Shown one piece after another: positions 59,179-64,000 of a stretch of DNA of 64,000 nucleotides. Made by a program: the position numbers and the translations under genes. The number at the start of each line of letters is the position of its first letter. The first letter of the stretch is position 1. Source of the DNA: Candidatus Nanohalarchaeota archaeon (lineage in GTDB: Archaea > Nanohalarchaeota > Nanosalinia > Nanosalinales > Nanosalinaceae). The stretch covers positions 416,001 through 480,000 of the forward strand of contig JALDAJ010000001.1 in NCBI GenBank assembly GCA_022729235.1, written 5' to 3'. Under the pieces are notes generated by a model. It was not told the DNA's origin. It ran no database searches and saw only the letters and a program-made list of their open reading frames with translations.

Positions 59179-59437
59179 GTGTGATTCACCAATTTTTTAC
59201 GTGGTTTGTGTTCCACGTTTTCCCCGGGTACTTCGAACTTACCGCCCTCAGGGAACTTGAGGCGGTCTTTGAGACCGGATGTCGGCCAGTCTCGGGGCCG
59301 CGGGATCCCGATCCCAAAAAAGATTAGAACACGCGCGTGCACGCGTGTTGTGCATGTGGGAACTGGGTCGGGTCCCAGAGAGCCACTTCTGTAGTGGCTG
59401 TCCTTATCCAGCTTTAAGGTGTCCTCCCTTTATAAAT
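59179..59437 (-). promoter_or_regulatory. S-layer promoter and about 230-nt structured 5' leader
   Basis: TTTATAAA box at 59429-59436, about 7 hairpins, GGTGA RBS. Confidence 0.65.
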
Positions 59438-59822
59438 GTGTTGAAAAAGGGCGGTTTTAACCGTTCATGGAGCGGTTTAAAGCATTCTGAGACTGTTGTT
59501 TGACGTTTTGCAACGTTTAGGATGTCGCTTTCCCGAGATAGAAGCCTTAGAATCTCTTGATTTGTCTCAAAAAGCTCTTAGAGTAGTTCTTTTAGAAGAA
59601 GAATTTTGAGCCGTTGGATTCCTGTTTAAATCTCTTAAAGCACTTCTTTTTGGTTGAAACGTTTTTTTGAACGTTTATGAACTTTCTAACGCGTTCTCTC
59701 AGACAGGGTCTGTTCGGCTAAATCCGAACAAACCCGGGGTAGATTGTTTATAAAAGGTGTTTTCATGTGATGTGGTGGTTTCTGCCATAAGTTTTATCTG
59801 GTTTCAGGTGAATGGCTTTTGT

Positions 59823-60224
59823 ATGAGTGTTTGTGGAAAACTTGAGGGTTGTAAGGAACTGTTCGAAAGAGCTGGTGTGGAGGTCGCCTATCTTTTCGGT
59901 TCCTATGCAACGGGCAGACAGCATGAAGACAGTGATGTTGATGTAGGTGTTGTGTTCGGCGATCCCGGGAATGTTGATTTTAGCACTATTTCTGGTCTGG
60001 AGAAGGAGTTAAGTCAGGAACTTGACAAAGAGGTGGATGTCAGGGTCATGGACGGTGGTGACCCGCGTTTTGTCTATAATATCTTGAGAACGGGAGAGCC
60101 TGTGTTTATAGGTGATGAAGGATTGAGAAGAGGTTTTGAGCACAGGGTTATGAGGAAGTACCTGGACATGAAGCCTTTTTACGACGAGTACGATAGGTAT
60201 GTTGAGGAAAGGGTGACGGCATGA
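59823..60224 (+). CDS. mntA: MntA-type nucleotidyltransferase antitoxin
   Basis: YLFGS.A.G.....SDVD, VD. Confidence 0.88.
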   Translation: MSVCGKLEGCKELFERAGVEVAYLFGSYATGRQHEDSDVDVGVVFGDPGNVDFSTISGLEKELSQELDKEVDVRVMDGGDPRFVYNILRTGEPVFIGDEGLRRGFEHRVMRKYLDMKPFYDEYDRYVEERVTA

Positions 60225-60643
60225 AGGCGGATGAGGAGACTATCAGGCAGAGGATGGAGATTATAGCCGAGAATAAGGAGTATATTGAGAGTGTGAGAGA
60301 GTCTTTTGATCCGGAAAAAGCTGATTTTGAGTCTCTGCAGGCTGTGAAGCACTGTCTATTTGAGATTGCTGAGGCATGTATCGATATCTCCTCGCATATC
60401 ATCGCTTCGGAAGGTTTTGAAAGACCGGATGATTATTCAGGTCTTTTTCCTGTATTGGCGGAGAACGAAATTCTGGATGAAGAGCTTGCGCAGAGACTTG
60501 CTGAAATGGCTCGTTTCAGGAATTTCTTGATACATAGATACGGGGAGGTAGAGGGTCAGAGGTTGAAGCGGTTTATGGAAGATGATCTTGAGGATGTTTC
60601 CGTGTTCACGGAACAGGTTTATGATTATCTTGAAACCTCGTAA
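60221..60643 (+). CDS. hepT: HepT-type (DUF86) HEPN RNase toxin
   Basis: RNFLIHRY = Rx4HxY; ATGA overlap with mntA. Confidence 0.88.
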   Translation: MKADEETIRQRMEIIAENKEYIESVRESFDPEKADFESLQAVKHCLFEIAEACIDISSHIIASEGFERPDDYSGLFPVLAENEILDEELAQRLAEMARFRNFLIHRYGEVEGQRLKRFMEDDLEDVSVFTEQVYDYLETS

Positions 60644-60713
60644 CTGTGCTGTTATCTCACCGGATTCCAGTTGAGGATGATAGAATAGGGAAAAATAAAG
60701 GGTTCCTGCTCCT

Positions 60714-61109
60714 CTACTTGTCAACTCTTGGTGTTGGGATGGGTGGTAGGAGGTTGAGTGTGTCTGCTATCCCTACTGCCTGGGATAGGCATTTGCGGTA
60801 GAGGTCGTTCATGAGGGGTGCTTCTATTTTTTCAGGTAGTGACTGGTTCTCCTCCCATTCCTCCATTATCTCGTCGAGATGTCCTTTCCAGAGTACGTTG
60901 CCTTCGAAGTTTATGCTTGCCGCTGTTTTTCCGCCTGCGTTGTAGTTGACCTGGAAGATGAACTCTATTTTTGCCACTTTCTCGTCGAAAGCTGATACGG
61001 ATGCTTTCTCGATTTTCTCTATTTTCGGTGTGTACTGTACCTGGAGGTCGCCGGATGCGTTCCCGGATTTGGATGCTTCCAGTGACTCTATGTTGAATCC
61101 TACTATCAT
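60714..61109 (-). CDS. Hypothetical protein, possible SecB-like fold
   Basis: Beta-strand pattern then a helix and LPPIP.P C-terminus. Confidence 0.65.
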   Translation of the reverse strand: MIVGFNIESLEASKSGNASGDLQVQYTPKIEKIEKASVSAFDEKVAKIEFIFQVNYNAGGKTAASINFEGNVLWKGHLDEIMEEWEENQSLPEKIEAPLMNDLYRKCLSQAVGIADTLNLLPPIPTPRVDK

Positions 61110-61191
61110 GTTTCGGAATGTTGGGTTAAACTCTTTAACCGTTTCCCTCTTACCGGGGCTCTTTTATTGGTTTCTTGATAGAAAGTATAGT

Positions 61192-61710
61192 ATGGATATC
61201 CGTAGTAAAGTCGAGCAGTACGGTATGGTTGCAGTAGGTTTGATGGTAGGTTTTGGTTTCATGTTTGGTATCGTTTTCAGCTACGCCGGTATGATCGAAA
61301 CCGGTGGTGGAGGTCCTGGCGGGGATATAGATTTTGAAGGCGAGCTTCCGGCGGAGAACTATGTAGAGGGTTCATTCGGTCTAGGGCAGCAGGAACAGTT
61401 TGCTCTTACATCCCGGAACGATGTGGTCTTTGTTAATGCATACTACGAGAACGAGGAGCAGCTGGAAGAGATGAGATGGCTCGAGTCAGTTCCGGAAGAC
61501 TTTAACAACAGGGTCTACGTCCAGGTTACCGAGGCAGATTCCGGCTCGCCGCCAAACCTGCCGTTATCGGATTATCCTAGTATCGCTGTGCTGGGTTCCT
61601 CACAGGCATCTCCAGCGGTAGAGGTGGAGTCTGTTTCTAGAGAAGAAGTAGAGGCTGCGGTCTGTGATACCATGCGTGACATAAGTGACGTGGCTGCGAT
61701 GTGTGTTTGA
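61192..61710 (+). CDS. Membrane-anchored hypothetical protein
   Basis: N-terminal TM, acidic body, C-terminal C...C; start MDIRS. Confidence 0.7.
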   Translation: MDIRSKVEQYGMVAVGLMVGFGFMFGIVFSYAGMIETGGGGPGGDIDFEGELPAENYVEGSFGLGQQEQFALTSRNDVVFVNAYYENEEQLEEMRWLESVPEDFNNRVYVQVTEADSGSPPNLPLSDYPSIAVLGSSQASPAVEVESVSREEVEAAVCDTMRDISDVAAMCV

Positions 61711-61745
61711 TAAACTGTTTAATAGACAGTTGAGAACTTTTGTAT

Positions 61746-62504
61746 ATGGTTGATGAAGACCGGCTCGAAGAGTGGGTGCAGGAAAAGCTGGATGCAGGAG
61801 TTGACAGGGAGCGTATAAAGAAGAGCCTGGAGAACACCGGGCACGACCCCTCGCTGGTCGAAAAAGTCAGTTCTCCTTTTGATAGCGAGCCGGAGGGTGA
61901 GAAAGATGTTTTCCAGGGAGAAGATGACAGCTCAACTGTGGACGCAGATGAGTCCGACCCAGTTGAATCAGGTAGTGCTGCAGTTTCTGAGAATGAAGAA
62001 GGAGATTCCTCCAGGAGTCTCTCGATTCCCGGTTTTTCAGTTCCCAGCCTGCCTGTATTGCCTGCTGTTGTTATGCTGGTCATAGTTGCGGGTCTGGGGA
62101 CCTACTTGTTTGCTCCATCAGCGGATGATCTAGACCTTCCTGGTGTTTCATCAGTCCCGGATATAGATGTGCCCGAGGTGGATCTGCCAGGTCTTCCAGA
62201 TATTGGTCTGGATGGTATTTCTTCGACCGTTGAAGGTGCTGTTTCCGGGCAGGGATGTCCTGATGTTGGCGTGACTATAAGAGATGTGTACACCGATAAC
62301 GGGGAAACTGTTGCAGAGGTAATGGTGACTAGAAAAGTTGCGGAGGTAATCCTTGAGGTTTACGATAGCGGTGAGATGGTGGGCTCGGCGACAGGTGAGT
62401 TCGGGGGTACCGGCACTCTTACCGTTTCAGCGACCGGGGACGAAGTGGTTTTCAGTCCCGTTGATTGTCCAGGAGAGCCTGAAGATACTGAGAGAATCAG
62501 TTGA
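61746..62504 (+). CDS. Single-pass membrane hypothetical protein
   Basis: N-terminal G...E.IK..L...G helical motif, acidic linker, TM, Cys-bounded C-terminal domain. Confidence 0.7.
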   Translation: MVDEDRLEEWVQEKLDAGVDRERIKKSLENTGHDPSLVEKVSSPFDSEPEGEKDVFQGEDDSSTVDADESDPVESGSAAVSENEEGDSSRSLSIPGFSVPSLPVLPAVVMLVIVAGLGTYLFAPSADDLDLPGVSSVPDIDVPEVDLPGLPDIGLDGISSTVEGAVSGQGCPDVGVTIRDVYTDNGETVAEVMVTRKVAEVILEVYDSGEMVGSATGEFGGTGTLTVSATGDEVVFSPVDCPGEPEDTERIS

Positions 62505-64000
62505 ATGCTTTGGCAAAGTTCTGGTCGCCCTGTACTTCTTCGTACTCCTTCTCCAGGTTGTCGTCAGCGTTGTAATCCTCGTGGTACGAGGCTGATACTG
62601 CGCCTTTGTCACCTTCCAGGGTGATCGATGCCTGGTTGTCCTTCGCCAGTTTTCTCGCGATCTGAATCAGGAGACCGACGTTTTCCGTTGGCACCTCTTC
62701 CTTGAGGACGCGGTCCGTTATCCTTTCCCTTAGGTAGCCTTCCAGCGAGGCTTCAAGTGATTCCAGCTTTTTCTCGTTCTCTCTCCATGCATCGTACAGG
62801 GACTGGCAGCGTTTCACGAGAGTCCCGGTTTCTGTAACAGCGAGTTCAACTTCTTCATCCATGTAGTCCGCTAGCCTCTCCGCCTGGTTCTTTATCTCCC
62901 GGTTCTCACTCTTGAACCGTTTCACGGTATCCACGAGCTGTCCTGGTTCGACGGAGAAGGTGTTGCATAACTCTCTCTGTACCTCTCTTGCTGTCCCGCC
63001 TAGTATTCCCTCGTTTTTCTCTGTATTCATCAGGTCTGCGATTTCCTCTATCCTTTCCTCGATGTCCTCGAGGTATCGTTCCGCTGCGTCGCCAGCCTTG
63101 TACTCCAGTCTTATGACCCCATCCTGCACTTTGTTCGACCCGGTCATGACAAAGGTCTCTGCTTCACCTGTCCTTGAGAGGTGTGTTCCTCCACATGCTT
63201 CAGCGTCGACACCTTCTATCTCCACGATTCTAACCTCGTTGCCCGGTGGTGCGCCTCCCTGGTACAGTCTGAAGCCGTACTCCTGTTCCGCGTCCACCTT
63301 CTCAACTACTTTTTTCGTGATAGGTATGTCGCGCTCTATTATCTCGTTTACGTGCTCCTCTATCCTGTCGAGCTGTTCGCGTGAAAGCTTCTCGTAGTGT
63401 GTCACATCCAGGCGACCTTTCTCCACGGTCTTGTGTGCGCCCGCCTGCCAGATGTGTTCACCGAGCTCGCTTTTTGTAACTCCGTTCACTAGGTGTGTGG
63501 CGGAGTGGTGCTGCATCAGCTGTTTTCTCCTTTCCCAGTCTATCTTTCCTGCGACCTGGTCTCCTGTTTGTAAACCGTGCCCTGGGACGTGGTGTAGGAC
63601 AACCTCTCCCTGTTTCTGTACTTCAACGACTTCTTCTCCATCGATAAGTCCTTGATCCGGTTCCTGTCCCCCGCCTTCCGGGTAGAACACTGTCTGGTCG
63701 AGCACAACCCAGTCATCTCTTACCGCTACTACTTCCGCTTTCACTTCTCTCTTCTTCTCGTCATCGTAGTACAGTAGTTTTGTCCCGGGTACGTCTTCAA
63801 GGTCGAACTTCTTCTCTGCCTCCGCCACCATCTCGTTTTCCTCGGCTATCCTTGCGTAGAAGTCCTCGGGGACTGTAAATCCTCTTGATTCCATCATCTC
63901 AGGTGATACGCCGTGGGACTCGTAAAGCTCTATCATCTCCTCTATAGAAGGCTCTTCATCGAGAGAGGCGAGTTCCTCCCTTGCCCTCTCGCGGGCGTTC
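62497..64000 (-). CDS. alaS: Alanine-tRNA ligase, C-terminal part (5' end outside window)
   Basis: LYESHG..P, FYPEGGGQ..D.G, HSATH and CGGTH editing motifs. Confidence 0.93.
   Translation of the reverse strand, partial: NARERAREELASLDEEPSIEEMIELYESHGVSPEMMESRGFTVPEDFYARIAEENEMVAEAEKKFDLEDVPGTKLLYYDDEKKREVKAEVVAVRDDWVVLDQTVFYPEGGGQEPDQGLIDGEEVVEVQKQGEVVLHHVPGHGLQTGDQVAGKIDWERRKQLMQHHSATHLVNGVTKSELGEHIWQAGAHKTVEKGRLDVTHYEKLSREQLDRIEEHVNEIIERDIPITKKVVEKVDAEQEYGFRLYQGGAPPGNEVRIVEIEGVDAEACGGTHLSRTGEAETFVMTGSNKVQDGVIRLEYKAGDAAERYLEDIEERIEEIADLMNTEKNEGILGGTAREVQRELCNTFSVEPGQLVDTVKRFKSENREIKNQAERLADYMDEEVELAVTETGTLVKRCQSLYDAWRENEKKLESLEASLEGYLRERITDRVLKEEVPTENVGLLIQIARKLAKDNQASITLEGDKGAVSASYHEDYNADDNLEKEYEEVQGDQNFAKAFN

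Noticed and set aside
59440-59750. Short palindromes upstream of the S-layer promoter
   Set aside because: AT-rich, short and without a shared consensus; cannot be separated from chance by eye
52366-60700. Provirus, integron or IS element explaining the TA cluster
   Set aside because: No integrase, transposase, capsid gene, tRNA attachment site or attC-like array seen in the window

Overview
This is an archaeal chromosomal segment. Gene content (RadA/RadB, RPA, two histones, PolB, Cdc48, MJ0822-type S-layer), very acidic proteins and compact gene packing point to a halophilic DPANN archaeon, most likely Nanohaloarchaeota (inference). Housekeeping content includes three peptidases, histone-rpa-radA, a NikR-like regulator facing znuACB, polB with a LAGLIDADG intein, a 2-oxoacid (pyruvate) dehydrogenase operon facing an ADP-forming acetate-CoA ligase, map, dsbA, cdc48, radB, topA, tyrS, rtcA, hsp20 and the 3' part of alaS. 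From about 52 to 61 kb there is an accessory region rich in toxin-antitoxin genes around the S-layer gene. The most unusual signal is unannotated. Three intergenic loci (about 18.3-18.8 kb minus strand, 41.1-42.1 kb plus, 44.2-44.7 kb plus) share one layout: TATA box, short leaderless ORF, stop codon in a hairpin loop, further stems, A/C-rich linker, then acidic orphan ORF(s). Two of the short ORFs encode related single-TM peptides, and one of those is split by one extra T. Other oddities are an apparent ATT start for lpdA, an Ogg lacking its catalytic Asp, a capstone-like histone, a C2H2-like motif inside the intein, a foreign-looking gene inside the pdh operon, and a 16-bp direct repeat around an MNT-HEPN module. 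No tRNA, rRNA or CRISPR array was recognised. All calls come from reading motifs by eye; no searches were run.
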